From Candidatus Multivorans sp. (GTDB lineage Bacteria > Acidobacteriota > Thermoanaerobaculia > Multivoradales > Multivoraceae), in assembly GCA_965247095.1 (NCBI GenBank), contig OZ251997.1:702517-766516 (forward strand): 64,000 nucleotides of DNA. Direction: 5' to 3'. Position numbers and translations under genes: made by a program. Under the pieces are notes generated by a model. The model had not been told where the DNA came from and searched no databases. It was given only the letters and a program-made list of their open reading frames with translations. Positions 38,881-49,050 of this stretch are shown piece after piece (the stretch's first letter is position 1; the number at the start of each line of letters is the position of its first letter).

Positions 38881-39550
38881 GGCGGTACTTTCGCGAATCC
38901 TAGTGGTTTCCGTTGATACCCTGCCGCCCGTGCTGCTCATCGTGCGCCACGGCGAGACCGCCTCGAACGCGGCCCGGATCGTTCAGGTGCCGGAGACGCC
39001 GCTCAACCAGCGAGGCATGGCGCAGGCGGAGCGCCTGGCGGCGAGGCTGGTGAACCATCACCGGGAGCGTCCCATCGGGTGCGTCGTTGCCAGCCACCTG
39101 CGACGCGCCGAGATGACCGCCGAGCCGGTGGCCGCGGCTCTCGGCCTGCCGCTGATCATCGAGCCCCTGCTAGCCGAGCGCAACTTCGGCGACCTGCGTG
39201 GAAGGGCGTACGCCGACCTCGGTCTCGACATCATGGAACCCGGCTACGAACCGCCGGCGGGGGAGGACTGGCCGTCGTTCCACCGGCGGGTCACCCGGGC
39301 CTGGAGCAGGATTCGTGAGCTCGCCCGGGCAACCGAAGGCGACAGCGTCTTCGTCACCCACGGCCTCGTCTGCCACTCCCTGGCGCTGCATCACCTGGTT
39401 CTTGGCGACGGTGTGGAGCAGCCCGATCGTTGGGGAAACACCTCGGTCACCCACGTCGAGGATCGGGCGCCGTGGAGAGCGACCCGGATCAACTGCTGCG
39501 ACCACCTCGACGCGACGACCGCCGACGGCGGTCAGATGTCCGGCATCTGA
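38879..39550 (+). CDS. histidine phosphatase family protein (phosphoglycerate-mutase-like)
   Basis: LLIVRHGETASN is the RHG catalytic motif, and ..ASHLRRAEMTA.. and ..VFVTHGLV.. are also present. The start is uncertain: ATG 38879, GTG 38903 or GTG 38930. The last gives the usual short N-terminus. Confidence 0.75.
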   Translation: MAVLSRILVVSVDTLPPVLLIVRHGETASNAARIVQVPETPLNQRGMAQAERLAARLVNHHRERPIGCVVASHLRRAEMTAEPVAAALGLPLIIEPLLAERNFGDLRGRAYADLGLDIMEPGYEPPAGEDWPSFHRRVTRAWSRIRELARATEGDSVFVTHGLVCHSLALHHLVLGDGVEQPDRWGNTSVTHVEDRAPWRATRINCCDHLDATTADGGQMSGI

Positions 39551-39748
39551 CGCCGCCACGGCGGCGCCCCGACCGCGCCGATCCTTCAGCCGTCGGACCG
39601 GGGCTCGGATAAAGTTCCGGCGACCGCGCCGGCTCGGGAAGAACCGAGGCGGGTGGCGGGTTGGAGAAGGCGTGGACGGGGCCACCCGTGCGCGAATCCG
39701 AGGCTTGTCCCTCCCTGGCCAGAACCCCTGCTGGCGCCCATCCAGGAA

Positions 39749-40837
<1,089 letters not shown>

Positions 40838-40858
40838 AGTCGCTTCGGAGCGCGATCG

Positions 40859-41860
40859 ATGTGGTTCTTCCGGCGTAACGAAACCGCGGACCAGGAGCGG
40901 CAGGAGGCGACCCTCTCGCCTGAGCTGCTGGCGCGGATCAAGACGATCCAGCTTCGCACCCAGCGCCTGGTGACCGACGCCCTCGCGGGCGAGTACCACA
41001 GCGCCTTCAAGGGGCGGGGCATGGAGTTCGAGCAGGTGCGCGAGTACACGGCGGGGGACGACATCCGCCACATCGACTGGAACGTGACGGCGAGGATGTC
41101 GAGCCCCTTCGTCAAGGAGCACCGGGAGGAGCGGGAGCTGACAGTCATGCTGATCGTCGACGTCAGTTCGTCGGGCGCCTTCGGCACCGCTGAGAAGCAG
41201 AAGCGCGAGGTCGTCGCCGAAGTCGCCGCCGTGCTCGCCTACCTCGCGATCCAGAACAACGACCGGGTGGGGATGATCATCTTCTCGGACCGGATCGAGC
41301 ACTTCATTCCGCCCAAGAAGGGACGTTCCCACGTCTGGCGCGTGATCCGGGAGGTGCTGAGCTTCCGCCCGACGGGCCGGGGCACCGACCTCGACGGCGC
41401 TCTGGACTACCTGGGCCGCGTGGTGAGGCGCCGGTCGGTGGGCTTCGTCATCTCGGACTTCCTGGACGAGGGCTTCGCCGAGCGCTTGCGCGTTGCGGCT
41501 CGCCGCCACGACCTGACCGCGATCCGTGTCCTTGACCAGCGCGAAGTCAGCCTGCCGCGGATGGGTCTGGTCGAACTCGAGGACGCGGAGACCGGGGAGA
41601 CGATCGTGATCGACACGGCGAGCCGGCGGGTTTCGGAGAGCTTCGCCCGTCTGGCCCGAGAGGATCTGAAGCGGCGTTCCGAGCAGTTCCGCCAGGCCGG
41701 CGTCGGCGAGATCCAGATCTGGGCGGACCGTCCATGGATTGATCCGATCGTCCGCTACCTGCGGGCGCGCGAACACGGATGGCGCGATCCCGCGCCATCC
41801 GTGAACCAGTCCGTGGGCCCGTCATCGGGCGCACGGATGGCACAGACGGTGCGGACGTAG
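40859..41860 (+). CDS. DUF58 protein (MoxR-associated, VWA-like), C-terminally extended through a REP1 copy
   Basis: GEYHSAFKGRGMEFEQVREYTAGDDIRHIDWNVTAR is the DUF58 signature. The last ~27 codons (GWRDPAPSVNQSVGPSSGARMAQTVRT*) are encoded by the REP1 element. Confidence 0.85.
   Translation: MWFFRRNETADQERQEATLSPELLARIKTIQLRTQRLVTDALAGEYHSAFKGRGMEFEQVREYTAGDDIRHIDWNVTARMSSPFVKEHREERELTVMLIVDVSSSGAFGTAEKQKREVVAEVAAVLAYLAIQNNDRVGMIIFSDRIEHFIPPKKGRSHVWRVIREVLSFRPTGRGTDLDGALDYLGRVVRRRSVGFVISDFLDEGFAERLRVAARRHDLTAIRVLDQREVSLPRMGLVELEDAETGETIVIDTASRRVSESFARLAREDLKRRSEQFRQAGVGEIQIWADRPWIDPIVRYLRAREHGWRDPAPSVNQSVGPSSGARMAQTVRT
41777..41843 (+). repeat. REP1 copy inside the 3' end of the DUF58 gene
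   Basis: GGATGGCGCG-ATCC-CGCGCCATCC is a 10-bp stem. It is followed by CCGTGGGCCCG-TCAT-CGGGCGCACGG-ATGGCAC. Confidence 0.8.
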
Positions 41861-41874
41861 GAGCGGGAGCGGAC

Positions 41875-43005
41875 GTGAGTTCGAATCCTCACCTTCGTCG
41901 CGGGCGTGTCGCGGCGGCTGCCGCAGCGGCCGTGTTGGTGCTGCCTCTCCTGCTCGCGTGCGGGGCCGCGGACGAGCAGGCGGGCACCGGGGAGGCGCCG
42001 AAGCCGCCCGCCGAGCTGCGGGCCGCGGTCGACCGCGCCACCGCCACGACGGGCGACCTGATCACCTATGAAGTGGAAGTCGAGCGCGACCCGGACGTGA
42101 ACGTCGAGTTGGCCGATCCCGGAATCGACATCGCGGGCTTCCGGATCGTTGACCTCGGCCAGGATTCGCCGGAGACTCTTGCGTCGGGCCGGATCCTGGA
42201 ACGCCGCAGGTTCCAGCTCCGCGCCGATCTGGTCGGTTCCTACGTGCTGCCGGCACTCTCCGCTACCTACAGCGGTCCTGCCGGTGACGGGGGCGACCTC
42301 GAGACACCGGAGATCCCGGTTGAAGTCGAGTCGGTGCTGCCAGCGGACGGGACCGAGGTGACGGACATCCGCGACATCAAGCCGCTGCTGCGGGTCGGGA
42401 GCGGCAGGCCGTGGCTGTGGTGGCTCGGACTTGCCGTCGCGGTTCTCGCGCTGGCGATAGCGGCATGGTGGTGGCGCCGTCGCCGGGGAAGCGGGGGCGA
42501 TGCTCCGGAAGTGCCTCGGATTCCGCCCTACGACCTGGCGATCCAGGAGTTGGAGCGGCTGCGGCGAACCGACTTATCGAACCTGCGGGAACTGCGCCGC
42601 TACTACTTCGCCGTCTCGGCGGTCGTTCGGGCGTACGTTGAGGGTCGCTTCGGCCTGAACGCGACCGACCTGACGACGGAGGAGATCCTGAGCCGGTTGG
42701 GTGCACCCGGTTGGCGCGACCCCGCGCCAAGCGCGAACCAGTCCGTGCGCCCGTCATCGGGCGCACGGATGGCACTGATCCGGCTCGATCCGGTACAGGC
42801 GAAGCGCCTGGAGCGGTTCCTGGTCGCCACGGACCAGGTCAAGTTCGCGGCCCACCTGCCCCTGCCCGAGGAGATCGACCGCACCTACGAGCAGGCTCTG
42901 GGCTTCGTGCGGGCGACCGGGAGGCCCAAGGACGATGCCGGCGACGACGGCGGCAACGCGGAGGCCCCTGCGTCGGCGCCTGACCAGGCGGGGAAGGCGG
43001 CATGA
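41875..43005 (+). CDS. lipoprotein with BatD-like N-terminal domain, TM helix and DUF4381-like C-terminal domain (Bat-operon member), carrying an internal REP1 copy
   Basis: GGAGCGGGAGC precedes GTG 41875. The lipobox is LLLACG. The TM segment is WLWWLGLAVAVLALAIAAWWW. The DUF4381-like part reads ..PPYDLAIQELERL..YYFAVSAVVRAYVEGRFG..TTEEIL..VATDQVKFA. Its stop overlaps the batA start (ATGA). Confidence 0.7.
   Translation: MSSNPHLRRGRVAAAAAAAVLVLPLLLACGAADEQAGTGEAPKPPAELRAAVDRATATTGDLITYEVEVERDPDVNVELADPGIDIAGFRIVDLGQDSPETLASGRILERRRFQLRADLVGSYVLPALSATYSGPAGDGGDLETPEIPVEVESVLPADGTEVTDIRDIKPLLRVGSGRPWLWWLGLAVAVLALAIAAWWWRRRRGSGGDAPEVPRIPPYDLAIQELERLRRTDLSNLRELRRYYFAVSAVVRAYVEGRFGLNATDLTTEEILSRLGAPGWRDPAPSANQSVRPSSGARMALIRLDPVQAKRLERFLVATDQVKFAAHLPLPEEIDRTYEQALGFVRATGRPKDDAGDDGGNAEAPASAPDQAGKAA
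42709..42775 (+). repeat. REP1 copy inside the DUF4381-like gene (in frame)
   Basis: TTGGCGCG-ACCC-CGCGCCAA is followed by CCGTGCGCCCG-TCAT-CGGGCGCACGG-ATGGCAC. It translates as GWRDPAPSANQSVRPSSGARMA. Confidence 0.8.
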
Positions 43006-44075
43006 ACGAGCAACTCCTGTTCGCCGATGCCCGCTGGCTTTGGGTGCTGCTGCCGCTGTACGTGATCTGGTCGCTCCTGTGGTGGCTTCGGCCGCGCTGG
43101 CGTCATCTGGCGGCGCGGCGCGGTTTCTCCATCGGACGGAAGGCAGCGGGCAGGACGGCCGTTGCCTACTCGTCGCTCGTGCATGCGCGCCAGGCGGCGA
43201 GCTCGGGAACGCCGATGGCCCGTCGCCTGGTGTCGGTGCTGCGTCTCGTGGTCGTCGCCCTGGTGCTGCTCGCCGTGATGCGTCCCCAGACCGGGCGTGC
43301 GCTCACCGAGGTGAGCACGGAGGGCATCGACATCGTGCTCGTCATCGACACTTCGGGGTCGATGAGGGCGCTCGACCTCGACGCCCACGAGCGCTCGCTG
43401 AGTCGCCGGAGGGACCGTCTGGAGGTGGCCAAGGGAGTGGTCGAGACCTTCATCGCAGCCCGGCCGAACGACCGCATCGGCCTCGTCGTGTTCGGCGAGG
43501 AGGCCTTCACGCAGTGTCCGCTGACTCTCGACCACGGCATTGCCGCGACCTTCCTCGAGCAGTTGGAGATCGGCATGGCGGGCGACGCCACGGCGATCGG
43601 ATCGGCCGTCGGGGTGGCGACCAAGCGCCTCAAGGACTCGGAGGCCGAATCGAAGGTCGCGGTCCTGCTGACGGACGGCCGGAGCAACGCCGGCGCCCTG
43701 ACGCCGCTGCGGTCCGCCGAGGCGGCGGCGGCGCTCGGGGTCAAGCTCTACACGATCGGCGTCGGCACCCGCGGTCAGGCGCCCATCGTGGTGGAGACGC
43801 GGTTCGGTCCGCGCGTGGTCTACGAGGACGTGGAGATCGACGAGGACACTCTGCGGCAGATGGCGACTGTCACCGGCGGCGGCTACTTCCGGGCCGAAGA
43901 TGTGGCGGGGCTGGAGGAGATCTACGAGCGGATCGACGAACTCGAGAAGACCGAGATCACCCAGGAGTCCTACATGGAGTACGAGGAGAGTTTCGCCTGG
44001 CTGGTGACGCCGGCGGTGTTCCTGCTCCTGCTCGAAGTGGTGCTGCTCGACACCCGCCTGAGGAAGTTGCCGTGA
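43002..44075 (+). CDS. batA: VWA-domain membrane protein BatA
   Basis: It has N-terminal TM helices and a VWA MIDAS motif (VLVIDTSGSM). ..GLVVFGEEAF..AIGSAV..VLLTDGRSN.. and a C-terminal TM helix are also present. Confidence 0.85.
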   Translation: MNEQLLFADARWLWVLLPLYVIWSLLWWLRPRWRHLAARRGFSIGRKAAGRTAVAYSSLVHARQAASSGTPMARRLVSVLRLVVVALVLLAVMRPQTGRALTEVSTEGIDIVLVIDTSGSMRALDLDAHERSLSRRRDRLEVAKGVVETFIAARPNDRIGLVVFGEEAFTQCPLTLDHGIAATFLEQLEIGMAGDATAIGSAVGVATKRLKDSEAESKVAVLLTDGRSNAGALTPLRSAEAAAALGVKLYTIGVGTRGQAPIVVETRFGPRVVYEDVEIDEDTLRQMATVTGGGYFRAEDVAGLEEIYERIDELEKTEITQESYMEYEESFAWLVTPAVFLLLLEVVLLDTRLRKLP

Positions 44076-45238
44076 GGGGCAACCGGATGAGACCCGTGTC
44101 GGCCCGGCGCCGCGGTGAGCACCGGGGCCGAACGCTGCTGGCGCTCGTGCCGGTCGCGTTCCTCGTGCTCGGTTGCGAGGTCCGCACGGGACGGCCGGAC
44201 GCGCTCTGGCTGCTGTGGCTGGGGCCGGGCCTGCTGCTCTTCTACGTCTACGCGTTCCGCACCCGAGACCGGTTGCTCGGCCGCTTCGCCTCGCGCGAGA
44301 TGCTGGCGGTCCTGGTCGCCGGGGTCAGCCGGCCGCGGCGTCGTCTGAAGGCGTTTCTCATGCTGGTCGCGCTGCTCGCCCTGGTAGCGTCTCTTGCCCA
44401 GCCCCGCTGGGGCTTCGTCTGGGAGGAGGTCCACCGCGAGGGCGTCGACATCGTGGTCGCTCTCGATGTCTCGGACTCGATGCTGGTGCGTGACGCGGAG
44501 GCGGGCGGCGAACTCAGCCGCCTCGAGCGCGCCAAGCGCGAGATCGCCGACCTGCTTCAACGCCTGGAGGGCGATCGCATCGCCCTGGTGGCCTTTGCCG
44601 GCGAGGCCTTCCTGGAACTGCCGCTGACGCTCGACTACTCGGCGGCCGCTCTCTTTCTGGAGGCCATGGCGCCGGATCTGATTCCAACCAAGGGCACCGC
44701 GATCGGTGAGGCGCTCCGGGTCTCGCTCGATGCGTTCGACCGGGTCGCCGCGGTCGGATCACGGCAGTCGCGCGCCGTGATCCTGATCACCGACGGCGAG
44801 GATCATCTCGGCGAGGCGCAGGAAGTCGCTGAGGCCGCCGCCGCGGCCGGCGTGCGGATATTCGCGATCGGCATTGGTCGCGACGAGGGCGCGCCCATCC
44901 CCAGGGAGGGCGGTGGTTTCCGCACCGACCGCCGGGGCGAGATCATCCTCAGCCGGCTGGACGAGTCGGCGCTGCAGCGGATCGCCCTGACCACCGGCGG
45001 CCGCTACGTCCGCTCGGTGACCGGTGATGTGGACCTGGAGCAGATCTACGCCCAGGGCATCAAGGCACAGCTACAAGACCAGGAACTCGGCTCCAGCCGC
45101 CGCCAGCGCTGGCAGGAGCGCTTCCAGTGGCTGCTGGTCATCGCACTGGTCGCGCTGATGCTGGAACCGCTGATCAGCGACCGTTTGCGGCGGCGCGACG
45201 TGACGCTCGAGGGAGGCGACCATGCAGCCGCGGCGTGA
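44072..45238 (+). CDS. batB: VWA-domain membrane protein BatB
   Basis: GTG 44072 overlaps the batA stop (GTGA); the alternative is ATG 44087. VVALDVSDSM MIDAS, ..ALVAFAGEAF.. and ..ILITDGEDH.. are present, with a C-terminal TM helix. The tracked ORF from 42935 is an out-of-context extension over batA. Confidence 0.85.
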   Translation: MRGNRMRPVSARRRGEHRGRTLLALVPVAFLVLGCEVRTGRPDALWLLWLGPGLLLFYVYAFRTRDRLLGRFASREMLAVLVAGVSRPRRRLKAFLMLVALLALVASLAQPRWGFVWEEVHREGVDIVVALDVSDSMLVRDAEAGGELSRLERAKREIADLLQRLEGDRIALVAFAGEAFLELPLTLDYSAAALFLEAMAPDLIPTKGTAIGEALRVSLDAFDRVAAVGSRQSRAVILITDGEDHLGEAQEVAEAAAAAGVRIFAIGIGRDEGAPIPREGGGFRTDRRGEIILSRLDESALQRIALTTGGRYVRSVTGDVDLEQIYAQGIKAQLQDQELGSSRRQRWQERFQWLLVIALVALMLEPLISDRLRRRDVTLEGGDHAAAA

Positions 45239-46103
45239 GGCCCGCTTCGAGCCGCTCGTTCTCCTTGCGTGGGGGCTGTTGCTTCCGCTCACCGCGGGTG
45301 CACAGCCACCGGCCGGGGGGCCGCCGCAACCGCCTCCGCCGCAGGCGGCGCCCGAGACGCCGCCGGTCGAGTACGCCTCGCCCTACGATGCGTTCGACGC
45401 CGGCGCCTACGCCCAGGCCCTCGACGACTTCGTGGACCGGCAGACCAGACAGCCCGACGACCCGGAACTGAGCCTCAACGTCGGCGCCGCGCACTACAAG
45501 TTGAACGATTTCGAGTCCGCAGACGCCCAGTTCTACCGCGCCGCGGCGATCGGCGACGACGGGTTGCGGGCCCAGTCGCTCTACAACCTCGGCAACAGCG
45601 CCTACCGCCAGGGCAAGCTGGAAGATGCGATCGACTTCTACATGGCCTCCCTGGAGGCGAATCCGGACGACCTGGACACGAAGTTCAATCTGGAGTTCGT
45701 GCGCGAGGAGCTGAAGAAGCAGCAACAGCAGCAGCAGAACCAGGAGCAGCAGGACCAGGAACAGCAGAGCCAGGAGGGCGCCGAGCAGCAATCGGAGGAC
45801 TCGGACCAGGGCGGAGGCGAGCAGCCCGAAGACCAGCAGCAGGACCCCGGCGCCCAGGGCCAGGACCAGCCGGAGGACCAGGGGCCGCAGGACAGCGACG
45901 GCGACGGCATCCCCGACGCGGCGGATTCACCGCCCGAGGAGGATGGCTCCGACCCCGGCAACCAGGGCGGGCCCCAGGAACCGCGGCCGGGCATGACGCC
46001 GGAGGAGGCCGAGCGCTACCTCCAGGCACTGGAGGAGGGGCGCCTCGACCCGAATCGGCGGGGTCAGCGCGGACGCAGCGGCCGTCAGGCGAAGGACTGG
46101 TAG
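45222..46103 (+). CDS. batC: TPR protein BatC with acidic Gln/Glu/Asp-rich tail
   Basis: It has a signal peptide and TPR units (..NVGAAHYKLNDFESA.., ..YNLGNSAYRQGKLEDAI..). A low-complexity KKQQQQQQNQEQQDQEQQ..DSDGDG.. tail follows. Confidence 0.75.
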   Translation: MQPRREARFEPLVLLAWGLLLPLTAGAQPPAGGPPQPPPPQAAPETPPVEYASPYDAFDAGAYAQALDDFVDRQTRQPDDPELSLNVGAAHYKLNDFESADAQFYRAAAIGDDGLRAQSLYNLGNSAYRQGKLEDAIDFYMASLEANPDDLDTKFNLEFVREELKKQQQQQQNQEQQDQEQQSQEGAEQQSEDSDQGGGEQPEDQQQDPGAQGQDQPEDQGPQDSDGDGIPDAADSPPEEDGSDPGNQGGPQEPRPGMTPEEAERYLQALEEGRLDPNRRGQRGRSGRQAKDW

Positions 46104-46107
46104 GTCG

Positions 46108-47964
46108 ATGGGTGGCAGGAGACGACCGTTCCCTCCGCCGACCAGGAGGCGCTCTGTCGCCCTCGGCTGGTCTGCGGTCCTTTGTGCGTCGTTCTTGGCC
46201 GTGCCGGGGGCAACGGCGGTCGGGGCACAGGAACCGCGGACGATCCAGGTCACGGTGGACCGCAACCAGGTCGCTCTCGGGACCCAGATCTACCTGACGA
46301 TCATGCTCAACGGCGCCCCCGACGAGCCGCCGAGGCTGCCCGAGCTGCCGGACTTCCGGGTCGTGTCGCGTGGTGAAGAGCGGCAAACCCAGATCATCAA
46401 CGGCAGGGTCAGCAACAACACCTCGTACAACTACCTGCTGATCCCGGTACGGGCCGGTACGTTCGAGGTTGGACCGGCAGTCGCACTGGTCAACGGTGTG
46501 GAGGTCAGGAGCCAGCCATTCACGGTCCAGGTCACGGCTGCCGAGGAAGACGGCGGTGAGCAGAACCGGGATCTCTTCGTCACCGCTTCCGTCTCCACCG
46601 ACCAGCCGTGGCAGGGGCAGCAGGTGATCTACACGTGGCGCTTCTACAGCCGGGTGCGCGTCGGTCAGGGGTCGATCGAGTCGATGGACTTCGGCGGTGA
46701 CGTGGTGGCCGAAGACTTGGGCGAGGTACGCCAGTTCACGGCCGCGATCGAGGGCGTCCAGTACACGGTGAACGAGGTGCGCAAGGCGCTCTTCCCGCAG
46801 CGGGCCGGCGAGATCGTGCTGCCGCCGACCCAGCTCAGCGTGGAGGTGCTGGTGGAGGAGCCGCGCCGGCAGAGCCGGCGACGCGGCATCTTCGACGACT
46901 TCGACAGTCTGCTCGGTCGCGGTGGACGCTGGGAGACGAAGTACCTGGTCACGGAACCCGTGACCCTCAACGTGCGGCCGCTGCCACCGGCGCCCGCGGG
47001 CTGGAACGGTCTGGTCGGAGACTTCGATATCAGTGCCTCGTTGAGCCGGCGCGAGCTGCAGGTGGGACAGTCGGCCACGCTGGATGTGCGGGTCGCCGGC
47101 GCCGGCAACGTGCAGCTCCTCGCGGAACCCGAGTTTCCCGAACTGCCGGTGTTCAAGATCTACCCGGATCAGCCGACCAGCACCGTCGACAACAGCGGCC
47201 GCCTGCTCAGCGGGCGCAAGGTCTTTCGCCGAGCGCTGGTGCCTCTCGTGGTCGGCGCGCTCGACATTCCGCCGCTCGAGCTCGTCTACTTCGACCCGGA
47301 GCTTGGCGAGTACGTGGAGCGTTCGACGGATCGCATCGACCTGGACGTGACTCCGGCGGATGGCGAGGAAGAGCTGATGCTCACCGAATCCCTGGCGCCG
47401 ACCACCGGCAAGGTGGCGGTGCGGATCCTCGCCGACGACATTCTGCCGGTCCGCCGGACGGCTGCCGGCATCGTGTCCGCCGCCCCTCAGGGCTGGCGGG
47501 CGTGGTTATGGCTGGCCGGCGGCGTACTCCCGCCGATGCTGTACCTGATCCTGCTGACCCAGTACCGGCGCGAGCGACGGTACGCCGCCGACAGGACCTT
47601 GCGCGGGCGCCAGCAGGCCCTGCGCCGGGCCCTGGCCGCGGCGAAGAAGCTGCCATCCGGATCGGGAGCGGCAGCGGCAGTAGCGGCCGAGGCTTCCAGG
47701 GTGCTGCGGTCCTACGTGGGCGACAAGTTGGGCATTGAGGGTGCGGCCCTGACGCCGACCGAAGCGGAGACGGCGCTGGTTCAGGCCGGCGTGGCGCCAG
47801 GCGTGGCGGCGCACTGCCGGGCGGAACTGGAACGGTTCGAGGCGGCCCAGTACGGCGTGGCGGCGGTCTCCGGGGGCGCCGGGGCAGCGAGTGGCGGTGC
47901 GGAGGACGGCTTGAGCGAGTTGATCCGGACCATCGACCGGCAGTTCCGGGGGAGAAGGGCGTGA
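46108..47964 (+). CDS. batD: BatD (oxygen-tolerance family) protein
   Basis: It has a signal peptide and repeated BatD-type beta domains (..VTVDRNQVALGTQIYLTI.., ..YNYLLIPVRAGTFEVGP..). A TM helix (WLWLAGGVLPPMLYLILL) lies near the C-terminal third. Confidence 0.75.
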   Translation: MGGRRRPFPPPTRRRSVALGWSAVLCASFLAVPGATAVGAQEPRTIQVTVDRNQVALGTQIYLTIMLNGAPDEPPRLPELPDFRVVSRGEERQTQIINGRVSNNTSYNYLLIPVRAGTFEVGPAVALVNGVEVRSQPFTVQVTAAEEDGGEQNRDLFVTASVSTDQPWQGQQVIYTWRFYSRVRVGQGSIESMDFGGDVVAEDLGEVRQFTAAIEGVQYTVNEVRKALFPQRAGEIVLPPTQLSVEVLVEEPRRQSRRRGIFDDFDSLLGRGGRWETKYLVTEPVTLNVRPLPPAPAGWNGLVGDFDISASLSRRELQVGQSATLDVRVAGAGNVQLLAEPEFPELPVFKIYPDQPTSTVDNSGRLLSGRKVFRRALVPLVVGALDIPPLELVYFDPELGEYVERSTDRIDLDVTPADGEEELMLTESLAPTTGKVAVRILADDILPVRRTAAGIVSAAPQGWRAWLWLAGGVLPPMLYLILLTQYRRERRYAADRTLRGRQQALRRALAAAKKLPSGSGAAAAVAAEASRVLRSYVGDKLGIEGAALTPTEAETALVQAGVAPGVAAHCRAELERFEAAQYGVAAVSGGAGAASGGAEDGLSELIRTIDRQFRGRRA

Positions 47965-48767
47965 GGCGGGGTTTCGCGTTTTTGTTTGTTCTTGTGGCTG
48001 CGGCGGGATCCATCGCCGGGCAGCCGGCGCCGTTGCCCATCGTCACCGAGGCCGCGGCCGCCGACGAGACGCCGGAGGCGCCGGAACCGGCGGAGCTCTG
48101 GGTCAACGGCAATGCCGCCTACGAGGCCGGAGACTTCGAGATGGCGGTGTCGCTATACCGCGAAATGGAGGGCATGGGGGTCGAGAATGGTCACCTCCAC
48201 TACAACCTCGGGAACGCCTACCTGCGCGCCGGCGCACTGGGACAGGCGATCGCTTCCTACCGCCGTTCGCTTCGCCTGTTGCCGCGCGACGAGGATGCTC
48301 TCGCCAACCTGGCGTTCGCTCGCCGCAGCGCCCGCGACGAGATCGCTCCGCCGGAGCCTCCGGTACTGCTGCGGACCCTGCTGTTCTGGCACTACAGCCT
48401 GGCGCCGGCCGAGGTTCTTCGCAGCGTCGTGCTGGTCAGCGCGGCGTTCTGGATCGTGCTCGCCCTGCGCCTCTACCGGCGCGCGTCGGAGGTGCTCCGG
48501 TGGTCCGCCGCCTGTCTGCTTGTGGTCGGGCTCGCGCTGGGCGGCTCGCTCGTCGCCCACGCGACCTTCGCGCCCGCCACAGCCGTCGTCCTGCCGCAGG
48601 AGATCGACCTCCACGCCGCCGCCGGGGACGGCTCGGTTGTCCGCTTCCGTCTCCATGCCGGCACCGAGGTACAGGTCATCGAGCAGCGCCCGGAGTGGAT
48701 CCGCATCGAACTGCCGGACGGTCAGCGGGGCTGGTCGAGACGGGAGTACGTGGAACTTGTAGAGTGA
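47961..48767 (+). CDS. batE: BatE-like TPR + SH3 domain protein
   Basis: GTG 47961 overlaps the batD stop (GTGA). It has a TPR (..YNLGNAYLRAGALGQAI..), TM helices, and a C-terminal SH3-like ..VIEQRPEWIRIELPDGQRGWSRREYVE. Confidence 0.7.
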   Translation: MRRGFAFLFVLVAAAGSIAGQPAPLPIVTEAAAADETPEAPEPAELWVNGNAAYEAGDFEMAVSLYREMEGMGVENGHLHYNLGNAYLRAGALGQAIASYRRSLRLLPRDEDALANLAFARRSARDEIAPPEPPVLLRTLLFWHYSLAPAEVLRSVVLVSAAFWIVLALRLYRRASEVLRWSAACLLVVGLALGGSLVAHATFAPATAVVLPQEIDLHAAAGDGSVVRFRLHAGTEVQVIEQRPEWIRIELPDGQRGWSRREYVELVE

Positions 48768-48797
48768 GCGCAGCGCAGATGTCCTGAGGAGAATCGC

Positions 48798-49049
48798 ATG
48801 AGACGCATGTACTCGGTTACAGCAGTTTGGGACGAGGAGGCCGAGGTGTTCTACTGCGAGAGCGACATTGAAGGCCTACATATCGAGGCGGCTACGCTTA
48901 AGGAGTTCCAGAGCCTGATTGCCGAGCACGCGCCTGAGCTGATCATCGCGAACCACTTGAAGCCGAGGGACATCGCGAGGATGTCGCTCGGGGATCTCAT
49001 CCCGGCAATTCTGTTGCAAGCACAGGTTCCAGCGGGGCACGCAGCTTGA
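48798..49049 (+). CDS. DUF1902 / HicB-like antitoxin-fold protein
   Basis: GAGGAGAA precedes ATG 48798. YSVTAVWDEEAEVFYCESDIEGLHIEAATLKEFQSLI..PELI follows the DUF1902 pattern. It ends 1 nt before the hicA-like start. Confidence 0.7.
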   Translation: MRRMYSVTAVWDEEAEVFYCESDIEGLHIEAATLKEFQSLIAEHAPELIIANHLKPRDIARMSLGDLIPAILLQAQVPAGHAA

Positions 49050-49050
49050 C

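Noticed and set aside
41872-41893. A tRNA-like T-arm motif (GTGAG-TTCGAATC-CTCAC), suggesting a tRNA gene or an att-site remnant.
   Set aside because: The loop is 8 nt rather than 7. No acceptor, D or anticodon arms can be built from the upstream sequence, which is REP1 and the DUF58 3' end. The motif lies in the first codons of the next CDS, so it is most likely coincidental.
42935-44071. An upstream extension of the batB ORF (767-aa track entry), and likewise 56137-56694 upstream of the dehydratase large subunit and 57870-58046 upstream of the small subunit.
   Set aside because: These extensions overlap neighbouring conserved genes out of frame and are Arg/Gly-rich. Coupled GTGA starts at 44072, 56695 and 58047 give normal N-termini.
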